Made by a program: the position numbers and the translations under genes
In this document: positions 16,201 through 26,090 of the stretch, one piece after another
Position numbering within the stretch: position 1 is the first letter of the stretch
Layout of the letters: the number at the start of each line of letters is the position of its first letter
NCBI GenBank assembly: GCA_034520945.1
Contig: JAXHNB010000002.1
Coordinates: forward strand, 96,001-160,000
Source of the DNA: Trueperaceae bacterium
Lineage (GTDB): Bacteria > Deinococcota > Deinococci > Deinococcales > Trueperaceae
Reading direction: 5' to 3'
Length of the DNA: 64,000 nucleotides
The notes under the pieces: model-generated
The model's database searches: none
What the model saw: the letters and a program-made list of their open reading frames with translations, nothing else
Told to the model about the DNA's origin: nothing

Positions 16201-19164
16201 GTGACGTTGCGAACCTTCGGGGCGTTGACGCTGGGCGACGGCACCTTCACCCGGCCGACACCGCTGATGCTGCTGGCGTACCTCGCGGTCGAGGGGCCGC
16301 GGGAGCGCCGCTTCCTGGCGCAGTTGTTCTGGCCGCACGCGGCGGATCCGCTGCGCAGCCTCGGCGTGGCGTTGGCGCGGCTCAGGCGCGGCGCCCCCGG
16401 GTCCATCGAAGCGGACGCCCAACGCGCCTGGGCGACGGTGCCGTCGGACGTCGACACCTTCCTGACCCGCTTGGAGGAGGGCGACGAATCCGGCGCCCTG
16501 GAGGCGTACCGCGGTCCGTTCCTCGCAGGCGTGGATCTGTCGCGTGCCGGCGTCGAACTCGAGGAGTGGGTGTACGCCACCCGTGAGCTGCTGGCCGTGC
16601 GGGCCGTCGGCGCCGCGCTCGAACTGGCCGAACGCGACGCGGCGGGCGGCCGGTTCGAGGCGGCCGCGCGGCGCGCCGCCGAGGCGTTGGACTGGGTGGA
16701 CGCGTCGGTGCTGGAACCGGAGGACCTCGTCCGCCTGCACGCCGTGCTCCGGGCAGGCGATCACCCCCGTGCCGCGGCGTTGCGCCGTGAAGCCGAGACG
16801 TACGGCCTCGAGCTGGATGCCTCGCGGCCCGAGGCGCGCGGGCGCCTGGGGCGCCGCTCGGCGAGCGTTCTCAGGCGCTCGCACCCCATGCTGGGGACGG
16901 CGTTCGTGGGGCGCGACCCCGAGTTGACGGAGGTGGCGTCGTACCTCTCGAAGCGGGACGGGCGGCTGCTCACGGTGGTCGGAGCGCCCGGGGTGGGCAA
17001 GACCCGCTTGGCGTTGCAGGTCGCCCACGAGCAGGCAGAGCTCGGGGCCTTCCGGGACGGGATCCACCTGGTCGCCCTGGAGGCCGTGAGCGACGCGCAC
17101 CGTGTGCCCGCGGCGATCGCCGAGGCGATGGGCCTGGACCTGGGCGCGGTGGGCGAACCGCTCGAGGCGGTGAAGGACGCACTGCGCGACGGCGACGCGT
17201 TGCTCGTGGTGGACAACGTCGAGCACGTGCTGGAGGGCACCACCGTCCTGCCCGCGCTGCTGGCGGAATGCCCCGGCCTGTCCATCCTGGTGACATCGCG
17301 CGAACGGCTGAACGTGCGGGAGGAGGAGGTGTTTCCGCTCGGCGGGCTGCCGCTGCCCGAGCACGATCCCCCCTTGGAGGAGGCGATCCGTCTGGATGCG
17401 GTCCGGTTGTTCGCGCAACGCGCCAAGCGGGCGCAGCCGAGCTTCGAACTGGACGAACGCACCATCTCGCACGTGCTCCGCATCTGCCGCGTGGTGGAGG
17501 GGCAACCGCTGTTGCTGGAACTGGCGGCCGTGTGGGTTCGGGTGCTGCCGTGCGCCGCGATCGCCGAGGAGATCGCGGGCAACCTCGACCTGATGACGAG
17601 CACGTCGCGGGACAGGCCGGAGCGGCACAAGAGCCTGCGCGGCACCTTCGAGCACTCCTGGAAGCTGCTGGGCGACGCGGAGCGCGAGGCGCTGAAGCAG
17701 CTCGCCGTGTTCCAGGGCGGCTTCGGGCGCGAGGCGGCCCGCCGGGTGGCGGGGGCCACGCTGGCGGTGCTCGCCTCGCTGGTGGATGCGTCGCTCCTCC
17801 GGGTGACGCCCGCCTGGCGCTACGACCGCCACCCCATGCTGCACGCCTTCACCAAGGAGAAGTTGGCCGAGGACCCCCAGGCGCAGGTGGCCGCCCGGGA
17901 GCGGCACGGCCTGTACTACGCGCGCCGCCTGCGAGAGCTGGCCGGCGAGCTGGACCTGGGGGGCGAACGCCAGCGCACGGCCCTGCGGTTCATCGACCAC
18001 GAACTCGAGAACGTGCGGGCCGCGTGGCGGTGGCTGGTCCACGATCAACGCGCCCGCGAACTCGAGGAGGGCAGCGAGGCGTTGCACCGCCTCCTGCAGC
18101 ACCGCGGCCGTCACCGCGAAGGCGAGGCGCTGCTGCGAGAGGCCATCGCCGGCCTGCGTGAGGACGCGTCCGAACACCGCTCGGCGCTGGGGGCGTTGCG
18201 GACCGCCCTGGCGGTGCTGGTGTACCGACTCGGCGACGTAGAGGAGGCCGAGACGCTGTCGCGGGAGGGGTTGCAGCGACTCCCCCAGGACCGCGCGGGG
18301 CCGGCGCATCACCGGGGGCTGAACACGCTGGGCTTGGCCGCATGGCGGCGTGGGGCGTGGGCCGAAAGCCGCGTCCTGTGGGAACAGGCCCTGTCACGTG
18401 CACGGCAGGGCGGACACCCCGTCTCCGTCTACACCTACCTGGTGAATCTGGCGGTCGTCGAACGCTCGGACGGGAACGTCGCGCAGGCCGAGGCCTACCT
18501 GCGTGAAGCCTTGCAGCTGATCCGAGCGCGCGAGGACCATATCAACATGGTGCTGGCGCTGAACAACCTGGGGGAGCTGGCGTTGATGCAGGATCAACCC
18601 GCAGCCGCGGAGGCCCGACTGGAGGAGGCGCTACAGCAGGCGGACGACCTTGGGGCCGACGAGCTGGTGCCGATGTGCCTTCTGAACCTGGCGCTGGCCG
18701 CCTTCGAGCAGCGACGGTTCCAGCGCGCGGCCAGCCGTACCGACGAGGCGCTGGAACGCCTGCAAGGCAGGGGGATGCGCACGCTCGAGATCGGGGCGCT
18801 GGCCCTAAAGGGGCGCGTCGCGGCCGCCCGCAGTCATCCGAAGGATGCCCGCGACGCGTTCGCGGCGTGCATCCGGGCGTTCGGAGAAAGCGGCGCCACC
18901 ACGGTCGTTCTCAAGGCTCTGGGCTGGATCGCCGAGTGGCACGCCCACGAAGGGCGCACCGCCAAGGCGGTCGAGATCGCACGACACGTGGTCGCCCATC
19001 CCGCCACCGAACCGGACGACCGCAAGGGCGGCGCGCGCCTGCTCGACGGGCTCGGCCGCGCTGCACGGGAGGGCGTGCAGGCCGAGGGCGCAGCCCACGA
19101 CCACGAGGCCCGCCTGCCGGAGCTGGTGGCCGAGGTGTCACGCGACGTGCTGCAGGGCGCGTGA
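16201..19164 (+). CDS. STAND-type NTPase with BTAD-like N-terminus and TPR C-terminus (AfsR/SARP-like regulator)
   Basis: LLAYLAVEG..R..LA.LFWP, YRGPFL..LEEW, FVGRDPEL, Walker A GAPGVGKT, DNVEH, TSRERL, TPR-like LNNLG repeats. GTG start chosen from TATGGT 7 nt upstream; alternative ATG at 16189. Confidence 0.88.
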   Translation: MTLRTFGALTLGDGTFTRPTPLMLLAYLAVEGPRERRFLAQLFWPHAADPLRSLGVALARLRRGAPGSIEADAQRAWATVPSDVDTFLTRLEEGDESGALEAYRGPFLAGVDLSRAGVELEEWVYATRELLAVRAVGAALELAERDAAGGRFEAAARRAAEALDWVDASVLEPEDLVRLHAVLRAGDHPRAAALRREAETYGLELDASRPEARGRLGRRSASVLRRSHPMLGTAFVGRDPELTEVASYLSKRDGRLLTVVGAPGVGKTRLALQVAHEQAELGAFRDGIHLVALEAVSDAHRVPAAIAEAMGLDLGAVGEPLEAVKDALRDGDALLVVDNVEHVLEGTTVLPALLAECPGLSILVTSRERLNVREEEVFPLGGLPLPEHDPPLEEAIRLDAVRLFAQRAKRAQPSFELDERTISHVLRICRVVEGQPLLLELAAVWVRVLPCAAIAEEIAGNLDLMTSTSRDRPERHKSLRGTFEHSWKLLGDAEREALKQLAVFQGGFGREAARRVAGATLAVLASLVDASLLRVTPAWRYDRHPMLHAFTKEKLAEDPQAQVAARERHGLYYARRLRELAGELDLGGERQRTALRFIDHELENVRAAWRWLVHDQRARELEEGSEALHRLLQHRGRHREGEALLREAIAGLREDASEHRSALGALRTALAVLVYRLGDVEEAETLSREGLQRLPQDRAGPAHHRGLNTLGLAAWRRGAWAESRVLWEQALSRARQGGHPVSVYTYLVNLAVVERSDGNVAQAEAYLREALQLIRAREDHINMVLALNNLGELALMQDQPAAAEARLEEALQQADDLGADELVPMCLLNLALAAFEQRRFQRAASRTDEALERLQGRGMRTLEIGALALKGRVAAARSHPKDARDAFAACIRAFGESGATTVVLKALGWIAEWHAHEGRTAKAVEIARHVVAHPATEPDDRKGGARLLDGLGRAAREGVQAEGAAHDHEARLPELVAEVSRDVLQGA

Positions 19165-19225
19165 TCCCGCCCGCCCAAGGGAACGGGGGGATCTCGTTTC
19201 GTGATGGCGCGGCTGGGGGCGGTGT

Positions 19226-19480
19226 TCAGCCGTCGCTGTCGCCGGAGGTCTGCTCGCCCTGCTTGGCGGCGGTCATCTTCTCGACCAGATCGGGAAGGTG
19301 CTCGAACAGCTCCGTGAACGCGCCGCGCTTGCCGGGTACCTCGCGACCATGGGCCGCTGCCCCGGCGGCGTCGCTTCGTGCGCGTTCACGGCGCAGCACG
19401 TCTCGCTGCAGCAGGCGCAGGCGCCACGCACCGCGCCCGGGCTCGAACGTCACGCCGATCGCCAGCCAGCGCACCCTCAC
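19226..19480 (-). CDS. Possible small hypothetical protein (about 84 aa)
   Basis: GTG start. The C-terminus AFTELFEHLPDLVEKMTAAKQGEQ has coding-like codon use, and the ORF fills an otherwise empty gap. Confidence 0.35.
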   Translation of the reverse strand: MRVRWLAIGVTFEPGRGAWRLRLLQRDVLRRERARSDAAGAAAHGREVPGKRGAFTELFEHLPDLVEKMTAAKQGEQTSGDSDG

Positions 19481-19603
19481 CCGCGCCGGTCCGTCCCCTC
19501 GGGGGCGTGGCCGGACGATGCGCGGGAGGCTCGAGCAGAATGCGTGACGAACGGCGCCCACGGCCGGCCGTCCGGGGGCGTAGGATGACGTCCGGAGGTG
19601 GGC

Positions 19604-20593
19604 ATGACGCACGTCACCACGCGTGCCGGCGAACGCGAAGCCGCCCCGCGCGCCAGCACGCCGGTGTTCGCGTGCCGGGGCCTTCGCAAGCGGTTCGGCG
19701 CCACCACTGCAGTCGACGACGTGGGATTTCACGTCGAGGCGGGTGAGGCGTACGGCCTCCTGGGCCCCAACGGCGCGGGGAAGACCACGACCATCATGAT
19801 GGCGTGCGGCCTGCTTCGCGCCGACGCCGGCGAGGTCGTCGTCGCCGGCACGAGGCTCGCCGACGCGCCGGAGGCGGCCAAGGCATCGATCGGGTACGTG
19901 CCGCAGGAGATCGCCCTCTACCCGGACCTGACGGCCGAGGAGAACCTGACGTTCTTCGGGCGCCTGTACGGCTTGCACGGCCGGGCGCTGCGGGTGCGGG
20001 TGGAGGAGGTGCTGGACCTCGTGGCCCTGCGCGAGCGTGCACGCGAGCGCATCGACACCTTCTCGGGCGGCATGAAACGGCGCATCAACATCGCGGCGGG
20101 CCTGCTGCACCGGCCGAAGCTGTTGGTGCTGGACGAACCGACGGTCGGCGTCGACCCACAGAGCCGGCACGCGATCCTGCAGCGCGTCGCGGAGCTGAAC
20201 CGGGCGGGCATGGCGTTGTTGTTCACCTCGCACTACATGGAGGAGGTCGAACGCGTCTGCGATCGCGTCGGGATCATGGACGGGGGCCGGATGATCGCCG
20301 AAGGCACCCGCCGGGAGCTGGTCGCCTCGATGGGGAAGGCCGACCGGGTCGAGTTGGACGTCGACGGCGACGCGGCGGCGTTGGCCCGCGCCTGCGAGAC
20401 GCTGGCGGACGTGACGCAGGCACGGGCCAGCGAGCGACGCGTGACGCTCCTCGCCCACGGGGGCCGCAACCTGCTCCCGGCACTGCTGGGGGCGGCCCGG
20501 GACGCGGGGGTCGACGTCACCGGCGTGCAGGTCATCGAACCCGACCTCGAAGCGGTGTTCCTCCACCTCACCGGAAAGGCGCTGCGGGATTGA
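19604..20593 (+). CDS. ABC-2 type exporter ATP-binding subunit
   Basis: GPNGAGKTT, FSGGMKRR, LDEPTVGVDPQSR, SHYMEE. Confidence 0.93.
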   Translation: MTHVTTRAGEREAAPRASTPVFACRGLRKRFGATTAVDDVGFHVEAGEAYGLLGPNGAGKTTTIMMACGLLRADAGEVVVAGTRLADAPEAAKASIGYVPQEIALYPDLTAEENLTFFGRLYGLHGRALRVRVEEVLDLVALRERARERIDTFSGGMKRRINIAAGLLHRPKLLVLDEPTVGVDPQSRHAILQRVAELNRAGMALLFTSHYMEEVERVCDRVGIMDGGRMIAEGTRRELVASMGKADRVELDVDGDAAALARACETLADVTQARASERRVTLLAHGGRNLLPALLGAARDAGVDVTGVQVIEPDLEAVFLHLTGKALRD

Positions 20594-20609
20594 CGATGCG
20601 AGACGAACG

Positions 20610-21836
20610 ATGCGCACGGCCCTCCTGATCGCCGCTCGCGAGCTGCGCGGCCGGCTGCGGGACCGCTCGGCGCTGATCCTCGGCTTCGTCGCGCCGGTGG
20701 GGCTGGCCCTGATCATCGCGTTCGCGTTCCAGGGCGGAGGCGACGCCTTCCACGCCGAGGTCGGCGTGGTGGACCTCGACGGTGGCCGCATGGCTGCGAT
20801 CTTCACCGACGACGTGCTGGGCTCCGACGAAATTCGTGAGGTCTTCGACGTCCGCGCGTTCGAGGGTCGCGCGGCCGCGGAGGCTGCACTGGAGGCGGGC
20901 GAGGTCAGCGCGGTGTTCGTGCTGCAGCCGGGCCTGTCGCGGATCACGGTGGTGCGCGCGGCCCGTGCGCCGGTGGCGGGCCAGATCGCGCTCGCCATCG
21001 CGGAGAGCTTCGCGGCACGGGTCGACGGCGTGTCGCAGGCGATCGGGTTGCACGTGATGGTCGAGCTGTTCGGTTCCGGTGCGTTCGGTCCCGACGGCTT
21101 CGCGCCCAGCGGGTTCCGGGCCGAGCGCTTCGATGCGGCGCCCTTCGGCTCGGACGAAATGACGGCGCTGGCGACCTCCGTGGCGGAGGCGCCGCTACCC
21201 CTGGAGCTGGTGGGGGCCTCCGCCGGGCGTCACGCGTTGTCGTCCGCCAGCTACTACGGACCCGGCATGGCGATGCTGTTCGTGTTTTTCCTGTTGGCCG
21301 CGGCGCCTCGCAGCCTGTTGGCCGAAGCGAGGTTGGGCACGCTGGCGCGGATTCGCGCGGCGCCCGTGTCCCTGGCGGCCGTTCTGGCGGGCAAGGCGAT
21401 CGCCGTCGGGGTCCTCGCCTTGCTCAGCATGGGCACCGTCTGGGCGGTCACGGCCTGGGTGTTCGGCGCCAGCTGGGGCGACCCCTTGGCGGTGGTGGCG
21501 TTGATGGTGGCGTTCGTGCTGGCGGCCTTGGCCATCGCCACGCTGGTGTCGGTGTACGCCCGCACCGAGGCGCAGGCGGACGGCGCCGTGTCGGTGGTGG
21601 CGTTCGTGCTGGCGATGGTGGGTGGGAACTTTTTGTACCTCGGCGACATGCCCCCGGTGTTGCAGCGGGTCGCCATGGCCACGCCCAACGGCTGGGCGCT
21701 GCAAGGGTTCGTGCGCCTCACCGCCGATGGTGGCGGGGTAGGAAGCGTGCTGGGGCCCATTGCCGCCATCCTTGTCTTCGCCGGCGTCGCCCTTGCGGCG
21801 GCCGTTCCCGGCATACGGAGCTGGATCGCGACATGA
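20610..21836 (+). CDS. ABC-2 type exporter permease
   Basis: RDRSAL N-terminal TM, extracytoplasmic loop, five C-terminal TMs, TPNGWALQGF. Confidence 0.88.
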   Translation: MRTALLIAARELRGRLRDRSALILGFVAPVGLALIIAFAFQGGGDAFHAEVGVVDLDGGRMAAIFTDDVLGSDEIREVFDVRAFEGRAAAEAALEAGEVSAVFVLQPGLSRITVVRAARAPVAGQIALAIAESFAARVDGVSQAIGLHVMVELFGSGAFGPDGFAPSGFRAERFDAAPFGSDEMTALATSVAEAPLPLELVGASAGRHALSSASYYGPGMAMLFVFFLLAAAPRSLLAEARLGTLARIRAAPVSLAAVLAGKAIAVGVLALLSMGTVWAVTAWVFGASWGDPLAVVALMVAFVLAALAIATLVSVYARTEAQADGAVSVVAFVLAMVGGNFLYLGDMPPVLQRVAMATPNGWALQGFVRLTADGGGVGSVLGPIAAILVFAGVALAAAVPGIRSWIAT

Positions 21837-23044
21837 GCCGGACCCACACGAACCGAACCGGTTGGTTTCGCGTCGTCGCGGCCGTCATCGCCGCGAACCT
21901 GCGGCGCCTCTCCAATGATCGCACCGCGCTGGTGTTCATGGTGGCCGTTCCCTTCCTGCTGATCCTGATCATCGGGGTCGCGGTGCCCAGCCCGGACGAC
22001 GCCGGTCCCCGGCCCCTCGGGGCGGTCGCGCCCCCCGGGCCGGGGTTGGCGGCGCAGGTCATGGAGCGCCTGAGGGCCGACCCCATGCTGGACGTGACCT
22101 CCTACCCGGACGAGGCGGCCCTCCGCGCCGCCGTTCGGCGTGGCCGCGAGGTGGCCGGGGTGGTCGTTCCGGCCGACGTCGAAGATCGCCTCCGGCGGGG
22201 CGCCCCTACGAAGGTGACCTTCCTGACCGACCCTTCGCGCGCGCCCCCGATGACGGTCCGAACGCACGTGCTGCGGGTCGTCGCCGAGGTGGGGGCCAGC
22301 ATGCGGAGCGCACGGTTCGTGGCCGAGGGCACCGGAATCTCGCTGGAGGCGGCGCTCGCGGCGACGGGCGACGTGCCGGTGTTCGGCAGCACCGACGTGG
22401 TCAGCGAGACGTACGGCGAGGCGCGCGCGGCCCTCCTCGGCGGCTTCGCGTTCGCCGCCCCCCGCTACCTGGTGCTGTTCGTGTTCATCAACACGCTCGT
22501 GGCGGCGTGGGGCATGCCCGCCGATCGCGCGGCCGGATTGGCGCGCCGTACCTTCGCGGCCCCCACCGGCGCCACGGCGCTGCTGCTCGGGGAAGCGGGC
22601 TACCGAATGCTGGTGGCGGTCCTTCAGGCAGCGCTGATCGTAGTCGTGGGCGCCGTTGCGTTCGGCGTCGCGTGGGGCGACCCATGGGGGGTGGCCGCGC
22701 TCATTGCGCTGCTGGCGGCGGTGTCGACCGGGGCGGCGGTGCTGTTGGGGTCGCTGGCCCGTACGCCACAGCAGATCACGGCGCTGGCCCCACCGATCGG
22801 CATCGCGCTCGGGATGCTGGGGGGCTGCATGTGGCCGCTGGAGATCGTCGGGCCGACCCTGCGCGCGATTGCGCACGCCACGCCGCACGCGTGGGCGGTC
22901 CAGGCGTTCACCCGCCTCGTCGGCGACGGCGCCGGCCTGAGCGACATCACCCGGGAGTTGGCAGTGCTGGCGTCGTTCGCAGCGGTGTTCCTGGCGATGG
23001 GCCTGGTCGCGTACCGGCGGGCGTTGCGGGACGGGCCCGCCTGA
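21833..23044 (+). CDS. ABC-2 type exporter permease
   Basis: LGMLGGCMWPLEIV..TPHAWA motif; paralogous to the previous permease; ATGA overlap. Confidence 0.88.
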   Translation: MSRTHTNRTGWFRVVAAVIAANLRRLSNDRTALVFMVAVPFLLILIIGVAVPSPDDAGPRPLGAVAPPGPGLAAQVMERLRADPMLDVTSYPDEAALRAAVRRGREVAGVVVPADVEDRLRRGAPTKVTFLTDPSRAPPMTVRTHVLRVVAEVGASMRSARFVAEGTGISLEAALAATGDVPVFGSTDVVSETYGEARAALLGGFAFAAPRYLVLFVFINTLVAAWGMPADRAAGLARRTFAAPTGATALLLGEAGYRMLVAVLQAALIVVVGAVAFGVAWGDPWGVAALIALLAAVSTGAAVLLGSLARTPQQITALAPPIGIALGMLGGCMWPLEIVGPTLRAIAHATPHAWAVQAFTRLVGDGAGLSDITRELAVLASFAAVFLAMGLVAYRRALRDGPA

Positions 23045-23133
23045 ACGGACCCGCCTGATCGGGGGGCTGGGTGCTGGGCGTGCAGCGCGTCGACGCGTTC
23101 GACGGCGTGCCCCGCGCCGGCTACCATGGCGGC

Positions 23134-24198
23134 ATGACCGATCATGCGAACGGCGCGCGTCCTCGGGTCGCGTGGCTGGCTCGAGCGGCCGCGTGCCTGG
23201 CCGCGCTCGCCTTTCTAGGGTCCGTGGCGCACGCGGACCCTACCTACTACGTCAACACGGCGCGTGACGCACCCGCGGCGTTTCTCACCCTGGACCTCGC
23301 AGACGACGGCACCCTCCATGGGCGCGTGCTGGGCGATCCCGCCCGGCACGGCGCCATGGCGCGCACCTTCGGGGCCGACGTCCAGCGCGAAGGCGGCCGC
23401 GTCCGCGCCGTCGTGTCCGCCGAGCTGGCCGGCGCCCCGGCAGCACGCCTCCCGGCGGACGGCCGCTGGACGACGACCACAGGCCAGGAGGACGCATGGT
23501 CGCTCACGGTGGAGGCCGACGCAGGCGCCGACGACGCCAGCCTCGACCCGTTCGGCACGGCGCAGGTGACGTGGCCCGGCGGGGCGGGGCGCCCGCGTGG
23601 CACCACCACCTTCCGCGGGATCGGCGCGACGGTGCACGAACGCGTCGGCCCGGGCGACGGACCGGTGGGGGCCCGCCGCAGCGTCCCCCGCTTCCACGCC
23701 TCCCCGTGGCGCGAACTGGACCTCGCGGCCACGCTGGGCGGTGTGGCGGACGCCATGCTCCAAGACCCACCCCCTGGGGCGCAGGGCGACGACGGTGGGG
23801 ACGTGTCCGCCCGGCAGGTCGTGCGAACCACCGCCCTCACGGATTCCCTGGTGAGCGTCCTGGTCGTGCAATATGCCCCGTCGGGTGACGTGGAGGCGCC
23901 GACGAGGCTTGCGTCTTGGACGTGGGTCGGCGACGGTCGCGCCTGGCGTGCAGCGTCGGCATGCCAGGCCGCCCGTGCGCTGGTGTACCCCTGCGACGAA
24001 GCGGCGCTCCGGGCCGCCGTGGTCGCGGCCGTGGAGCAGGAGGACCCGGGACGGCTGCGGATGGACGCCGCGCCGTCATTGGACATCTTCACCATCGGCA
24101 TTCGCGGGATCACGGTGTGGTTGCCGGCCGAGGGGGACGATCCACGGGCGCGACACCCGATCGCTGTGCGCGTGCCCTACCACGACCTGCGGCCGTAG
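23134..24198 (+). CDS. Secreted hypothetical protein, C-terminus loosely DUF3298/RsiV-like
   Basis: Signal peptide ending AHA; C-terminal FTIGIRGITVWLP...VRVPYHDLRP; TACCAT 6 nt upstream of the ATG. Confidence 0.6.
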   Translation: MTDHANGARPRVAWLARAAACLAALAFLGSVAHADPTYYVNTARDAPAAFLTLDLADDGTLHGRVLGDPARHGAMARTFGADVQREGGRVRAVVSAELAGAPAARLPADGRWTTTTGQEDAWSLTVEADAGADDASLDPFGTAQVTWPGGAGRPRGTTTFRGIGATVHERVGPGDGPVGARRSVPRFHASPWRELDLAATLGGVADAMLQDPPPGAQGDDGGDVSARQVVRTTALTDSLVSVLVVQYAPSGDVEAPTRLASWTWVGDGRAWRAASACQAARALVYPCDEAALRAAVVAAVEQEDPGRLRMDAAPSLDIFTIGIRGITVWLPAEGDDPRARHPIAVRVPYHDLRP

Positions 24199-24393
24199 CT
24201 GAGGCTCGGGTTCCCTTCGGCGCGCCGGCCGCGAGGCGATCGCGCTGGATCATGACGCGGAGGCCCCGTCGCGGTACCGTCCCAAGCCATGGACCCGTAT
24301 GCACGGCACGACGCCCGGCATCGGGCAGGCGCGGCGGCGCACGCCGCGACCCGCGCTCCCCGTTCGATCTTCACGCCCCGCGGTCCCGCCTAG

Positions 24394-26075
24394 ATGCACC
24401 ATGGCGGACAGTCGCTGGTCGACACCCTGTGCGCGCACGGGTCGACACGGTGTTCACCGTCCCAACCGAGAGGTTCCTGCCCATACTGGACGCCTTGTAC
24501 GACGTTCAGGACGAGATTCGGCTGGTGTCGACGCGGCACGAGGAGGGCGATGCCTTCGCGGCCGAGGCGCAGGCCAAGGCGACGGGCCGGCCCGGGGTGT
24601 GCATGGTCACGCGGGGCGTCGGCGCGACGCACGCCGCCATCGCGATTCACACCGCGATGCAGGACGCATCGCCGCTGGTGGTGCTGGTCGGTCAGGTCTC
24701 CACCCAGCACGCCTGGCGCGAGGCGTTCCAAGAACTCGATCTGCCGCACGCCTTCGGCGCCATCGCCAAGTGGACGCTGGAGGTGCCGCACACCGACCGG
24801 CTGCCCGAACTGATTCGCCAGGCGTTCAAGGTGGCCTCCACGGGACGTCCGGGGCCCGTGCTCGTCGGTCTTCCCGACGACGTTCTGTTCGGGCGTTCGG
24901 CCGCGGACGTGCCTTCGCCCGTCGTCGTGCGCGCCCCCTCCGCCCATGCGGACGACGTGACGCGTACCCTCGAGGCGCTTCGGAGCGCGCAACGGCCCGC
25001 CCTGCTGGTCGGCCGCGAGGTGCTCACGGGCGCGTGCGTGCCCGCTGTCGTGCGGCTGGCCGAGCGGATGGGCGTGCCCGCCTTCACGGCCTTCCGACGC
25101 TTCGACGCCTTCCCCAACGACCACGAACATTACGCCGGCAACGTCGCCTTGGGGACGCCAGCGTCCGCCTTGTTCGGCCTGTACGACGCGGACGTGGTGC
25201 TTTTCCTCGGCGACCGTTTCGACGCGTTCACGGCGCACGGATACCGGCTGGACTTCGCCGGCGCCACGTTGATCCACGTCGCGTCGGACGCGTCGCTGCT
25301 GGGCACCTGGGGCGCGGCGCCGCTGGGCATCGTGGCCCACCCCGCCTCCTTCGTGCAGGCCTGCCTGGACGCGCTAGCCAGAGGCGAAGCGTCCCGGGCC
25401 GAGGCTGCGGCGCACGATCCGGCCCGCGCCGATTGGGTCGCGCGCTGCCGGGCCGCCTACCTGGAGGCAGCACGGTACGAGGCGCCGTTCGGGCCGGAGG
25501 GTGGGGGCGTCAACCTGAGCGCGGTAATGAAGTCGATCCAGACCCTCGCGCCGCGTTCGACGGCGCTGGTGACCGATGCCGGCAACTTCTCGGCCTGGGT
25601 GTCGCGCTACGTTCGGTTCACGGAGCCGCACACCCACTTCGGGCCCATCTCGGGGGCGATGGGGTACGCCGTGCCGGCTGCCGTGGGGCTGGCCCTGGCG
25701 AACGCCGACCGGCCGGTGGTCGCGCTCGCGGGCGACGGCGGGTTTCCGATGACCATGAGCGAACTGGCCGTGGCCCGCGCCTGGGACCTCGACATCGTGT
25801 TCGTCGTGTTCGTGAACCACCAGTACGCCACCATCCGCATGCACCAGGAGCGGCACTACCCGGGCCGCCCCATCGCGAGCGACCTCGCCAACCCCTCGTT
25901 CGCGGGGATCGCGCAGGCGTACGGCATCGAGGCGCATCGCGTCTGGGACGAGCCGGGCTTCGACGAGGCGTTCCGGGCCGCCCTCGCCGCGAAGGGGCCC
26001 GTCCTGCTCGAGGTCTTCGAGGGGGACGAGAAGCTCTCCGCCTGGGCCGCCCCCGTGACCGGCACGCCGGCCTGA
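24394..26075 (+). CDS. ThDP-dependent enzyme (acetolactate synthase large subunit-like), frameshifted near 24440
   Basis: MHHGGQSLVDTLCAHG continues in another frame as VDTVFTVP..RHEEG..GRPGV..GDGGF..VNHQY. One extra base in the GGG run restores the frame. Confidence 0.85.
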
Positions 26076-26090
26076 GGCACGCGCTTCACG

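Noticed and set aside
16201..19164. STAND NTPase as an Avs-type anti-phage system
   Set aside because: The N-terminus is BTAD/regulator-like with no effector domain, and there are no neighbouring defence genes.
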